Position numbers and translations under genes: made by a program. Source: a virus (lineage: Duplodnaviria > Caudoviricetes). From it: a stretch of 42,957 nucleotides of DNA. Positions 8,024 to 16,740 of this stretch are shown piece by piece. Location of the stretch: IMG/VR virus record IMGVR_UViG_3300028586_000339, positions 1-42,957 of that record. One strand, 5' to 3'. Each line of letters opens with the position of its first letter. Position 1 is the first letter of the stretch. Under the pieces are notes generated by a model. The model was not told the origin of the DNA, did no database searches, and saw nothing but the letters and a program-made list of their open reading frames with translations.

Positions 8024-9127
8024 ATGATTACAACGCCAAGGCTGCGAGACGCGCGAATCGACATCATTCGCGGGGCCGCGATGCTAACGATCGTGATCAA
8101 CCACATAACGGAGGCGTTCAAACTTTACGGTTTCACGGGTCTCGAAATCGTAACGCCTACGGCTCTTGGCTATTCTTCGTCGGCGTCTCTTTTTGTAATC
8201 ATGTCTGGATACATGGTTGGACTAGTTTACATAAAGAAGCCCAAACCCTCTCAGGCGTTATTAAGACGGGCCCTGTCACTGTACTGGCATAATGCCCTGC
8301 TTCTAACTGCTTTATTTCCAATTATTATTTTAATGAGTGAAATAGAAGCAGCTAAATGGCGCGCTGATCTTATAATTACCGCTCCAATGACAGCGCTGAT
8401 TACATTTTTTGGCTTATTGAAGGCTCCGGTCCTTCTTGACGTGCTTCAAATGTACGTAATCTTCATGCTTCTCACACCTGCCGCCTTGTGGGTGCATCGT
8501 AAGTCGCCATTGGCTCTAGCAGCCGTTTCTATAACGCTATGGATACTCTGTCAGCTCGCAACGGCGACGCACCTGCTTGATCCAGATCGCGTTCGGTCAA
8601 CCTTCAATCCTGTCGCATGGCAGCTATTATTCTTTATCCCACTAATCCTCGGCGCAAAGCGCATCCATGAAAGTATTTTTGATTTACTGGAGAACCGAAA
8701 ATGGATCACATTCGTCATCATGTCTATTGCAGCCATTTTTGCGATGGCTAAGATTTACCATGTCGAAGAAGCAATTCATGGAAGCAGAATACTTATGAGC
8801 AAGGGAAACCTTGGCGCACTCCGCATAGTGCACGCTGTGGTGATTATTACACTCTACTGTGGACTTCTAACGCTTAGCAAACGTATCCCGAAGCTTCCTC
8901 CGATTCGAGCATTGGCCTGTTTGGGACGGCAAACTTTAAAGTGCTATGTTTTTAGTGCTTTCCTAACGTACCTACTGGCGGTGGCTTGGGACCGCCTGGA
9001 TGGTGGGAACGAGGTCTACTATGCGACGGTAGCTTTGGCGGTGATGGTGACCTTTATAGCTGCAGCGATCTTCGATGCGCGATCTGCACGGCAAGTAAAA
9101 CCTGCGCTTTCCTTAGTGGCACATTGA
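8024..9127 (+). CDS. opgC: OpgC-family membrane acyltransferase (acyltransferase-3 superfamily), cargo gene
   Basis: RDARIDIIRG...INHI...TPTALGYSSSASLFVIMSGYMVGLVY, LDVLQMY, FNPVAWQLLF, LGRQTL; multi-TM; visibly AT-richer than its flanks. Confidence 0.85.
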   Translation: MITTPRLRDARIDIIRGAAMLTIVINHITEAFKLYGFTGLEIVTPTALGYSSSASLFVIMSGYMVGLVYIKKPKPSQALLRRALSLYWHNALLLTALFPIIILMSEIEAAKWRADLIITAPMTALITFFGLLKAPVLLDVLQMYVIFMLLTPAALWVHRKSPLALAAVSITLWILCQLATATHLLDPDRVRSTFNPVAWQLLFFIPLILGAKRIHESIFDLLENRKWITFVIMSIAAIFAMAKIYHVEEAIHGSRILMSKGNLGALRIVHAVVIITLYCGLLTLSKRIPKLPPIRALACLGRQTLKCYVFSAFLTYLLAVAWDRLDGGNEVYYATVALAVMVTFIAAAIFDARSARQVKPALSLVAH

Positions 9128-9203
9128 CTCCGTCGCGGTCTCTAGGACAAGAAGGACCGCCGGCTGCCCGTGGCGTTCAGACGCTCCGACTTTCCGAAAC
9201 CAG

Positions 9204-9302
9204 GGGGGTAAGATGGGGGTACGGGTGCGGCGTCCCACTTTGACCTTCTGGCGATTTCGCCCGAGAAACTTATAAAAACGGCAGAGGGTATCTCCGTCGC
9301 GC
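9204..9302 (+). repeat. att-like site B (arm pair plus core)
   Basis: GGGGGTA at 9204 and 9215; core AAACGGCAGA-GGGTATC-TCCGTCGCGC at 9276-9302. Confidence 0.72.
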
Positions 9303-9375
9303 GGCTGCACAGTAGCCCGCCGCATCTCGGTCCTCTTTCTAAACTTTGGCGCGGTGAGGACGTCATCTCACATCC

Positions 9376-9645
9376 CTATTGTGATGCCGTTCCGGACAGC
9401 CTCCGTTCGATCTGAGTGAGCAGGTGACTACCGGCTTGCGTCAATGCAATCAGACACGGATCGTCCCATCCATATTTGAACGGAAAGGTCTCCCCGCTAA
9501 ACGCTGCCCGGGCGTAGGATGCGCGCGTCTCGCAGGTCGCCTCGCCGAATAGGTGGGTAATTGCCTGCCGCACAGCCTCGATATCATCGGCTGCAAATTC
9601 CAACGATGATTTGCCATCAGGAGACAAGAGCAGGCTCACAGCCAT
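9376..9645 (-). CDS. Hypothetical cargo protein (89 aa)
   Basis: Protein-like ORF (…GETFPFKYGWDDPCLIALTQAGSHLL…) between site B and mucR. Confidence 0.6.
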   Translation of the reverse strand: MAVSLLLSPDGKSSLEFAADDIEAVRQAITHLFGEATCETRASYARAAFSGETFPFKYGWDDPCLIALTQAGSHLLTQIERRLSGTASQ

Positions 9646-9741
9646 AATTGCTTACGAAATGTATCTGAACATGATCATGGGCTTGTTTTGTACCTTATTA
9701 TCCGCCACTTGAGCACACTACGCTGCTTTGGAGAATAATGA

Positions 9742-10284
9742 ATGCCTGATCAGATCGACAATGTCGAGCTTGCGACAGAACTTACTATTGCTTGGCTTGG
9801 AAATAATAATACTCGCGTATCGGCTGATGATGTGCCTGTATTCCTTAGGCAGATGCATAGCGCCCTTAGCCAGTTGTCGCAGCCGGAACCTCTTACTGGG
9901 GCTGCCGAGGCACCTTCCGTAGATTACACTCCGGCAGTATCCGCTAAAAAGTCTCTGTCGAACCCTGATTTCATTATTTCGCTGATCGACGGCAAACCCT
10001 ATAAGGCGCTTCGTCGTCACCTATCGACCAACGGCTTGACCGAGGCCGAGTATCGCAAGCGCTACAACCTCAAGGCTGACTACCCGATGGTCGCTCCAGC
10101 GTATTCGGAAGTCCGACGCGCAATGGCTCATAAAATCGGTCTCGGGCGTAAAGCCAAAACGGCCGTGGAAGCCGTGGCCAAACCCGTTAAGGCGGTTGTC
10201 AAGAAAGCCGGCAAGACGGTCAGCGAAGCGAAAAGCATGGTACAAGATCATCTTGGCGGGCATTCGGAAGAAGGCGCAAACTGA
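9742..10284 (+). CDS. mucR: Ros/MucR-family regulator (H-NS-like silencer), cargo gene
   Basis: ELATELTIAWLGN, PAVSAKKSL, IISLIDGKPYKALRRHL, YRKRYNLKADYPMVAPAYSEVRRAMAHKIGLGRK. Confidence 0.92.
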   Translation: MPDQIDNVELATELTIAWLGNNNTRVSADDVPVFLRQMHSALSQLSQPEPLTGAAEAPSVDYTPAVSAKKSLSNPDFIISLIDGKPYKALRRHLSTNGLTEAEYRKRYNLKADYPMVAPAYSEVRRAMAHKIGLGRKAKTAVEAVAKPVKAVVKKAGKTVSEAKSMVQDHLGGHSEEGAN

Positions 10285-10318
10285 TCCGCTTAGCGCCTGC
10301 TGAATTCGGCAGTACACA

Positions 10319-10416
10319 AGGGGTACCCCGGGGGTATGGACGAAATCGCTGTAGTGAGGTGCAGCGGTAAATCTCAGCTGATTGATCGAACGCGGCGGAG
10401 GGGTTCTCCGCCGTGT
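10319..10416 (+). repeat. att-like site C (arm pair plus core)
   Basis: AGGGGTA at 10319 and GGGGGTA at 10330; core ACGCGGCGGA-GGGGTTC-TCCGCCGTGT at 10390-10416. Confidence 0.8.
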
Positions 10417-10570
10417 TTGAAGCCCAAAGACCGCAGCGAGCGAGCCGGGCGGTTAACGACTCCGCCCGGCTCTGACTGCCCACCTTCGGAGGGGATCGGC
10501 AGCTGCCCCTTCATAGCCCATCCTCGTGCTTTCAGTTACCGAAACAGGCGCCGGCGTGCGCTTTCCTACT

Positions 10571-10585
10571 GTTCCTGCTTCGTTC
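10571..10585. promoter_or_regulatory. Alphaproteobacterial LexA (SOS) box
   Basis: GTTC-CTGCTTC-GTTC, just upstream of ATG 10598. Confidence 0.75.
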
Positions 10586-10597
10586 TACATCGCCGGC

Positions 10598-10900
10598 ATG
10601 GGCATGAACCAGCGATTCGAGACGCTTTGGGACGTCACCAGACGCGATGCGAATTTGCATGTTCAGTGCTCTTTCCATTGCGCGAACGAAAGCGTGGTGG
10701 ACGCAAAGCGCCTGGAGCGCTGGTATCGCATGCACCTCTGGGACACCCACATTTCGCGGCTCAGTAAGCATCTGCGCTGCTCCAAATGCCTCGGCCGGCC
10801 TGAGCGCATCAAGGTCACGCATCAGACGCCGAATGGGCCGAGCTGGGGACCGCAGACGGAAAAAGACTGGGTTCTGGCCGTGCGAAGGCTGCGCGGATGA
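10598..10900 (+). CDS. SOS-box-preceded Zn-ribbon-like phage protein
   Basis: LHVQCSFHC...HLRCSKC Cys pairs; start ATG 10598 or 10604. Confidence 0.7.
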   Translation: MGMNQRFETLWDVTRRDANLHVQCSFHCANESVVDAKRLERWYRMHLWDTHISRLSKHLRCSKCLGRPERIKVTHQTPNGPSWGPQTEKDWVLAVRRLRG

Positions 10901-11319
10901 ACCGTGGCACAGTGGCGGCAGGCCGAAATATTTGGTACGATCCGGCCATGCAGGGGGCCGCTCCAGCGCCACTCCGCCGAGTGGAAGCGCTGGCCTATAT
11001 CGTAGAACGGATTTCACGATCCGGTACCGCTCCGTCGTATGGCGAGATTGCGGACGCTATGCGTCCGACCGTACATATCTCGCGGGCCAGGCAGTTCGTC
11101 GACCAGCTCGTTCGAGAAGGATACCTAGAGCGCCGGCCGGCTTCACGCCGCGGTATTGCCATCAGAGATGTAGTCCGGTGTCGTCACGCGATCGAACAAG
11201 CGCTCGGCATGCTTGGCTATAAGCACGCTGCCCCGCTGGGTGAACTTATACAGGCCCCCTCTACATTTGGTCAGCTGCACGCCATCCCTCCGTTTGAGTA
11301 CCTCCCCGACGTAGATTAG
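10897..11319 (+). CDS. LexA DNA-binding-domain protein without peptidase domain
   Basis: RRVEALAYIVERISRSGTAPSYGEIADAM...VDQLVREGYLERRPASRRGI; start may be ATG 10948. Confidence 0.75.
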   Translation: MNRGTVAAGRNIWYDPAMQGAAPAPLRRVEALAYIVERISRSGTAPSYGEIADAMRPTVHISRARQFVDQLVREGYLERRPASRRGIAIRDVVRCRHAIEQALGMLGYKHAAPLGELIQAPSTFGQLHAIPPFEYLPDVD

Positions 11320-11330
11320 CCGGGGGTGAC

Positions 11331-11513
11331 ATGATCAACGTTCCAAGGGCGCTCGCCGCGCTCCACGCTATCGAGGGCGAGCAGGTGGTGCTCTCCAAGG
11401 CGCAGTACAGCGAGATCATGACAGAGGTCGCTCGCGGCAATGCAGCGCGCATGACCCTGACCAACGCCCGCTCGATTATGAGCGCCGGCGCGCTTGCGGC
11501 AGGAATTAGCTGA
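11331..11513 (+). CDS. Hypothetical phage protein
   Basis: GGGGTG RBS; coupled to the next gene. Confidence 0.55.
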   Translation: MINVPRALAALHAIEGEQVVLSKAQYSEIMTEVARGNAARMTLTNARSIMSAGALAAGIS

Positions 11514-12151
11514 TGGGCGCCGCTTCACATCCCGCTGCGATCGACGTCGGCGGCCAGCCGTACCTCCGCGACGCCAAGGGCGCGCTCGTGCCGATCGGCG
11601 CGATCAAGGCGGCCGACCTCCTCATGGATGAGCTGGTTCGGAATCTCACCGCGGAAGCCGACGATCTATCGGCGCAAATCGCTGCTTTCAAGCGAAGGGT
11701 CTATGAGCAGGTCGGCGCGCACCAGGCGCTGATCGCGCAGGAGTACGGAGCAAAGATCGGCGGCAGCAAAGGCAACATCACGCTCAGCGCCTTCGACGCC
11801 ACCATGCGCGTATCGGTTTCGGTGGCCGACCAGATTGAGTTCGGGCCCGAGATCCAGGCTGCGAAGTCGCTCATCGATGAGTGCCTGAACGAGTGGGCCG
11901 CAACAAGTGGCGTGCAATTGCGGGCGTTGGTGAACCGCGTCTTCTCGGTCGATCAGGAAGGTACGATCAATCGTGCCGAGGTTTTCATGTTGCTACGCGT
12001 GGCGATCGAAGACCCGAAGTGGCTGAGGGCTATGGAAGCGATCCGCGAAAGCATGCGCGTGACCGGTTCTCGATCCTACGTGCGATTTCATCGCCGCAAC
12101 GCCAGCGATGCACCGTGGCAGGCGGTCACGCTGGACATGGCCTCGGCATGA
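11513..12151 (+). CDS. DUF3164-family phage protein
   Basis: YLRDAKGALVP...DLLMDELV...EYGAKIGGSKGNITL...FGPEIQAAKSLIDECL...SYVRF. Confidence 0.85.
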   Translation: MGAASHPAAIDVGGQPYLRDAKGALVPIGAIKAADLLMDELVRNLTAEADDLSAQIAAFKRRVYEQVGAHQALIAQEYGAKIGGSKGNITLSAFDATMRVSVSVADQIEFGPEIQAAKSLIDECLNEWAATSGVQLRALVNRVFSVDQEGTINRAEVFMLLRVAIEDPKWLRAMEAIRESMRVTGSRSYVRFHRRNASDAPWQAVTLDMASA

Positions 12152-12825
12152 GTCGCTGGATCATCCTGCGGACGAGCGGCGGTCACACGCTGCCGCTGGC
12201 TCAATCGCTCAACGATGTCGGGCTTGAGGCTTGGACTCCCGCGCGAACGTTGCGCCGTTACGTTCGGGCGAACACACCTTCGGGCAAGCGCGCCCTTGAA
12301 AGCCAGATCCCGATCCTGCCTACCTTCGTCTTCGCTCGCGAGACGTTCCTGAGCGATTTGATCAACGCCTCAAACTCGGATCGCACTCCGCATCCAAAGT
12401 TCACCGTCTTCATCGTCGACGGTCGCGTGCCGCAAATCCATGAAACGGAGATCTCCGGCCTGCGAGCCGAGGAGGCTGAAGCGGCCGCAACGATCGACGC
12501 TATGCATGCGGCCGAAAGCCACGCAGCCGCTGAGAAGATCCGGATCGCGGCCATTAAGCATGCAGATGCTCGCCGACGAGCCGAGCGGGAGCACGAGCGC
12601 GAACAGCGGGCCGCGTTGCGGCGAGCGCCTATCGGACTGGCGGGCGGCACTGAGGTCGAGGTGACCGACATGCCCGCGTTGGTCGGCATCCGTGGCGTGT
12701 TCGAACGCTCCAACGGTCCGTACGCGCACGTGCGCTTCGGCACCCGTTCATGGAAAATTGAGGGTTGGCGGGTACTGCCAGCTCCTCTAAACGACAACGG
12801 CGCTCTTCGGAGCTCCGCCGCCTAA
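12148..12825 (+). CDS. NusG-like (NGN plus KOW) late antiterminator
   Basis: MSRWIILRT...GLEAWTP...PILPTFVF and C-terminal KOW-like GTEVEVTDMPALVGIRGVF; lies before the packaging genes. Confidence 0.75.
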   Translation: MSRWIILRTSGGHTLPLAQSLNDVGLEAWTPARTLRRYVRANTPSGKRALESQIPILPTFVFARETFLSDLINASNSDRTPHPKFTVFIVDGRVPQIHETEISGLRAEEAEAAATIDAMHAAESHAAAEKIRIAAIKHADARRRAEREHEREQRAALRRAPIGLAGGTEVEVTDMPALVGIRGVFERSNGPYAHVRFGTRSWKIEGWRVLPAPLNDNGALRSSAA

Positions 12826-12934
12826 GCGGCTTTCGGGAAAGACGATCTGGAGCCTCGGCTCTTGCGCGCCCGTTACTAGTCCACGCGATGCGTCGCGGAG
12901 GATGTCGTAAGCATATCCAGCATCGGAGGTGGCG

Positions 12935-13171
12935 ATGGCCGCACCAACCGCCCCCTCGCATGGCACGCGCCTGCGCGACCTTGGCGATTACCTGTTTGTG
13001 CTCGCCGAACGCTATGAAACCTCGGAGCGTGATCTGACAGTGCGCCGGGGCGTGCATGACGACCTCGAGCGTACCGCCGGCGAGATCCGCGCGATCGTAC
13101 GCGGCACAGCAGCCAAGGCAGTAAATCCCCCGCTCGAGACCAGCAAGGACGGTCGCCGGTGCGTCTGGTGA
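12935..13171 (+). CDS. Hypothetical phage protein
   Basis: GGAGG RBS; helical 78 aa ORF. Confidence 0.55.
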   Translation: MAAPTAPSHGTRLRDLGDYLFVLAERYETSERDLTVRRGVHDDLERTAGEIRAIVRGTAAKAVNPPLETSKDGRRCVW

Positions 13172-13439
13172 GATCCTTCTCAGCCGAGACCAATCACCCG
13201 AACCCTGTTCCTAAGACCGCACTCGTGTTCGCCGCTACCCTGTTACTCGCTGCCTGCACGCAGCCTGTCGACCGTTGCGCCAGCACAGCCAACCCGGCCG
13301 AGTGCCGAGCCGGGCTTCAACCGAAAGTGACTGCGTTCTGATTCGAGCGCGACGCAACTACGAAGCGAAGTGATCGCCGCCATCGAGAATGCGACGATCC
13401 GAGTGCCGAAGGGCCGATCGAGTGCCTTCTGACCTCGAA

Positions 13440-13545
13440 ATGGCACGCGGGTTGCCACGGCCCGGCCCGACCCCCCCCCTACCTTTGGGTCCTCCGCCGA
13501 AAGATCCGTATGCGGGGGGCAAAGGCGCCACGGTCCGCTAGCTAC
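13440..13545. other. Probable cos/packaging initiation region
   Basis: Non-coding stretch with a C run and GGGTCCTCC...TGCGGGGGGC immediately upstream of the small terminase, where lambda-like phages carry cos. Confidence 0.4.
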
Positions 13546-13585
13546 AGGCATTTTGCGTACTTCATCATCATTGGGGCAAAAACCC

Positions 13586-14227
13586 ATGGATTTGGCGGGT
13601 TACACGCCCACACTCAGTGAAGTGGCGGGCCTGTTCGGCAAGTCCAGCCGCTGGATTTCGGATCTCCGCGCCAAAGGCGAGATGCCAGGCGATGGCGCCA
13701 CGCTCGGCGAATTTGTCGCCGCGCTTTCCAGCTACAGCGCCGCCCAGGCGGGCGGGCTCGGCGGCAAGAAGATCGATCAGCACAAGGCGCGCCTCGCCGA
13801 GGCGAAGGCCGAAGAAGCTGAAATGAAAAACGCGCAGACGCGGCGCGAACTTCTGCCTCGGCCGCTGGTCACCCTTGCGGTGCAGGGCGCGTTCGCCCGC
13901 GTCCGCGCCAAGTTGCTCGCGATGCCGAGCAAGTGCGCGCCGGCGATCGCCGGCATGAAGTCAGCGGTGGCGATCCAGGAGCGGTTGACGGAGCTCGTGC
14001 ATGAAGCGCTCGCCGAGCTCGCCACGACCATCGTCAACGCCGAGCCGGCAAGCGACGATCGCGATTCATCTGGTAGCGAGCCAGGAGCTGGCGGAGACAG
14101 CGCGGGAATGGTGGCCGGTGTTCACGCCGCCGCCGCGCCTGACGGTGAGCCAGTGGGCGGACCAGCACCGGAAGCTAAGCCCCGAAGCAAGCGCCGAGCC
14201 CGGGCAGTGGAACACAAGTCGGGCTGA
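13586..14227 (+). CDS. Terminase small subunit (Nu1-like)
   Basis: N-terminal wHTH TLSEVAGLFGKSSRWISDL; coiled coil HKARLAEAKAEEAEMKNAQTRRELL; overlaps the large subunit. Confidence 0.8.
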   Translation: MDLAGYTPTLSEVAGLFGKSSRWISDLRAKGEMPGDGATLGEFVAALSSYSAAQAGGLGGKKIDQHKARLAEAKAEEAEMKNAQTRRELLPRPLVTLAVQGAFARVRAKLLAMPSKCAPAIAGMKSAVAIQERLTELVHEALAELATTIVNAEPASDDRDSSGSEPGAGGDSAGMVAGVHAAAAPDGEPVGGPAPEAKPRSKRRARAVEHKSG

Positions 14228-16085
14228 GTTCCAGCGCGGCATCATGGACGCCGTCAGCGACCCGTCGATCGACGAGGTCGTTGTGATGAAGTCCGCCCAG
14301 GTCGGGTGGACGGAGATCATCAACAACATCGCCGGGTACTTCATCGACCAGGACCCGGCGCCGATCATGGTGATGCAGCCGACGCTGGAGATGGCGAACG
14401 GCTGGTCGACCGATCGCTTGGCACCTATGGTGCGGGACACGCCCAGGCTGACCGCGAAAATCGCCGACGCGAAGAGCCGGGACAGCGGTAACAAGCTGCT
14501 GCAGAAGCGCTTCCCTGGCGGGCAGCTGGTCGTCGTCGGCGCGAACAGCCCAGCGAGCCTGGCATCCCGTCCTATGCGGGTTATCCTAGCCGACGAGGTC
14601 GACCGCTACCCCGCGTCGGCCGGCGTCGAAGGCGACCCGCTCACGCTGGCGTACAAGCGGACGAACAACTTCTGGAACCGGCGCAAGCTCGCTGGCTCCA
14701 CCCCGACGATCGCCGGCGTTAGCCGCATCGAGGCCAAGTTCGAGGAGTCCGACAAGCGCTACTACCATGTGCCTTGCCCGCACTGTGGAGAGGAGCAGAT
14801 CCTCAAGTGGGAACAGGTGCGCTGGGACAAGACGAAGACCGGCAAGCACCAGCCCGCGACGGCGCATTACGTTTGCGAGCATAACGGCTGCATCTGGGAC
14901 GACGCCGATCGCTGGGAGGCGGTCCGCACCGCGCCCGCCAAGGGCGCAGGCTGGCGCGCGACGGCGCCGTTCACCGGCGTCGCAGGGTTCCACATCTGGG
15001 AAGCCTATTCCTCCTGGGTGAAGCTCGAGGCGACGGTCACCGCCTTCCTCGAGGCGCGGAAGCAGCCGGACACGTACAAGGTCTGGACCAATACCGCGCT
15101 GGGCGAGACGTGGATCGAGAAGGGCGAGGCGCCCGACTGGCAGCGGCTGTACGAGCGGCGATCGAAGGAGCTGCGCTTGGGCGAGGTTCCCGACTGGGTC
15201 GGCCGCATCACCGTCGGCGCCGACGTGCAGCGCAGCCCGCCGCGTGTCGAGGCAAGTGTCTGGGGCTGGGGCGAAGGCCTGCGCTCAGTACTGATCGACC
15301 ACCGCGTCTTTCACGGCGATGCTGCCGGCAAGGAAGTCTGGAAAGAGCTCGACGCCTTCCTGCTCGAGGAGTGGGAGGCACCATCCGGTCGCCGCATGCG
15401 CATGTCACGCCTGGCGATCGACACCGGCGACGGCATGTCGACCACGCACGTCTACAACTGGGCGCGCAAGCATCCCCGCGAGGTGATGGCGATCAAGGGC
15501 GTGGGCAGCTTCAATGCCTCCGTGCCGGTGATGGGCCCAACCTGGACGGACATCACGGTGCGCGGCCGCAAGGTCATGCGGGGCGTGCAACTCTGGACGA
15601 TCGCCGTCTCGTTGTTCAAGTCGGAGACCTACAGCTGGCTCCGCCTGGACCAGCCGCTCGACGGTGAAGAGTACCCGGAGGGGTACATGCACCTGCCGCA
15701 AGGTGTCGACGCGGAGTGGCTACAGCAGCTCGTCGCCGAGCAGCTCGTGCCGAAGAAAAACAAGCGGACCGGCCGAACCACTCAGGAGTGGCAGAAGACC
15801 CGAGATCGCAACGAGGCGATCGACTGCCGCGTGTACGCCCGCGGCGCTGCCTACGCGCTCGGGATCGACCGCTGGAGCACTGCGAAATGGGCAAGGATCC
15901 TCGGCCGAGCGGCACCGAAGCCTAAGCCGGCGCGATCGGAGCCTTCCGAGCTGCCAAGCGCCGGCGCTGAGCCACCGGTCGAAACCACTGCCGAGGCCGA
16001 ACGGCCTGCGGCGAAGCCGAAGGCCCGCAAGGTCAATCCGCTCACCGGCCGCGCCCGGGGCAGCTATTTCGGAGGGAGACGCTGA
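14001..16085 (+). CDS. Terminase large subunit, GpA family
   Basis: PPPRLTVSQWAD, VVVMKSAQVGWTE, ILADEVDRYP, STPT, VPCPHCG, GADVQ, IDTG, RNEAIDCRVYA. Exact start uncertain. Confidence 0.95.
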   Translation: MKRSPSSPRPSSTPSRQATIAIHLVASQELAETAREWWPVFTPPPRLTVSQWADQHRKLSPEASAEPGQWNTSRAEFQRGIMDAVSDPSIDEVVVMKSAQVGWTEIINNIAGYFIDQDPAPIMVMQPTLEMANGWSTDRLAPMVRDTPRLTAKIADAKSRDSGNKLLQKRFPGGQLVVVGANSPASLASRPMRVILADEVDRYPASAGVEGDPLTLAYKRTNNFWNRRKLAGSTPTIAGVSRIEAKFEESDKRYYHVPCPHCGEEQILKWEQVRWDKTKTGKHQPATAHYVCEHNGCIWDDADRWEAVRTAPAKGAGWRATAPFTGVAGFHIWEAYSSWVKLEATVTAFLEARKQPDTYKVWTNTALGETWIEKGEAPDWQRLYERRSKELRLGEVPDWVGRITVGADVQRSPPRVEASVWGWGEGLRSVLIDHRVFHGDAAGKEVWKELDAFLLEEWEAPSGRRMRMSRLAIDTGDGMSTTHVYNWARKHPREVMAIKGVGSFNASVPVMGPTWTDITVRGRKVMRGVQLWTIAVSLFKSETYSWLRLDQPLDGEEYPEGYMHLPQGVDAEWLQQLVAEQLVPKKNKRTGRTTQEWQKTRDRNEAIDCRVYARGAAYALGIDRWSTAKWARILGRAAPKPKPARSEPSELPSAGAEPPVETTAEAERPAAKPKARKVNPLTGRARGSYFGGRR

Positions 16086-16537
16086 TGTCCGACCTAGACG
16101 ATCGCATTGCCGCACGGCCGGCGCCGAAGGTGACACCTGACCAGGTTGAGAACGTCATCGTCGGTACTTCCTACCACCGCCTCACGGGCACGCTGACCGT
16201 CTGCGTGCTGACGTTGCTGAACGGCTTCACTGTGACGGGCGAGAGCGCGTGCGCTTCGGCGGAGAACTATGATCAGGCGATCGGCGAGGAACTCGCCTTC
16301 AAGGACGCTAATCGCAAGATCTGGACGCTGGAAGGCTATGCGCTCCGAGATACGCTACGCGCTCAGGCGAAGGCCGAGCGTATGGATCACATGCTGCGAT
16401 ACGCCAGCACCTCGCAAGGCCCGCTGGAACGTCTGCTCGAAAGCAGGCTGCTGACCTACGACGACCAGGCCTTGGTCCCGATCTGCGCCGGCACCATCCG
16501 CATGGCGCTCGCGGCAGCTCGAGGCGACTTGGTCTGA
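16085..16537 (+). CDS. Phage protein, N4 gp49 / Sf6 gp66-like
   Basis: APKVTPDQVE...LTVCVLTLLNGFTVTGESACASAENYDQAIGEELA...IWTLEGYALR. Confidence 0.8.
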   Translation: MSDLDDRIAARPAPKVTPDQVENVIVGTSYHRLTGTLTVCVLTLLNGFTVTGESACASAENYDQAIGEELAFKDANRKIWTLEGYALRDTLRAQAKAERMDHMLRYASTSQGPLERLLESRLLTYDDQALVPICAGTIRMALAAARGDLV

Positions 16538-16740
16538 TGGCCTTCACCTCGGCCGATCTCGTGAATATCCGCCAGTGCATTGCCAGCGGCGTGCTGCGGA
16601 CCAAGTTCGCGGACGGCAGCGAGGTCATGTACCAGTCGATCGCCGACATGCTGACCGCCGAGCAGCGCATCGCTGATGCGGTTGCATCGGGCAGCGGCCG
16701 ACGTCGCAGCCGCACCCCAGCCTATCGGAACGGTCTGTGA
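16537..16740 (+). CDS. Head-tail joining protein (gpW-like)
   Basis: MAFTSADLVNIRQCIASGVLRTKFADGSEVMYQSIADM; between terminase and portal. Confidence 0.8.
   Translation: MAFTSADLVNIRQCIASGVLRTKFADGSEVMYQSIADMLTAEQRIADAVASGSGRRRSRTPAYRNGL

Noticed and set aside
10442-10472. Hairpin GAGCCGGGCGG...CCGCCCGGCTC
   Set aside because: A real inverted repeat, but it has a different sequence and spacer from the core family and no function can be supported.
13159-13341. Possible lipoprotein (LLLAAC)
   Set aside because: No convincing start or RBS near the lipobox; it may be a remnant.
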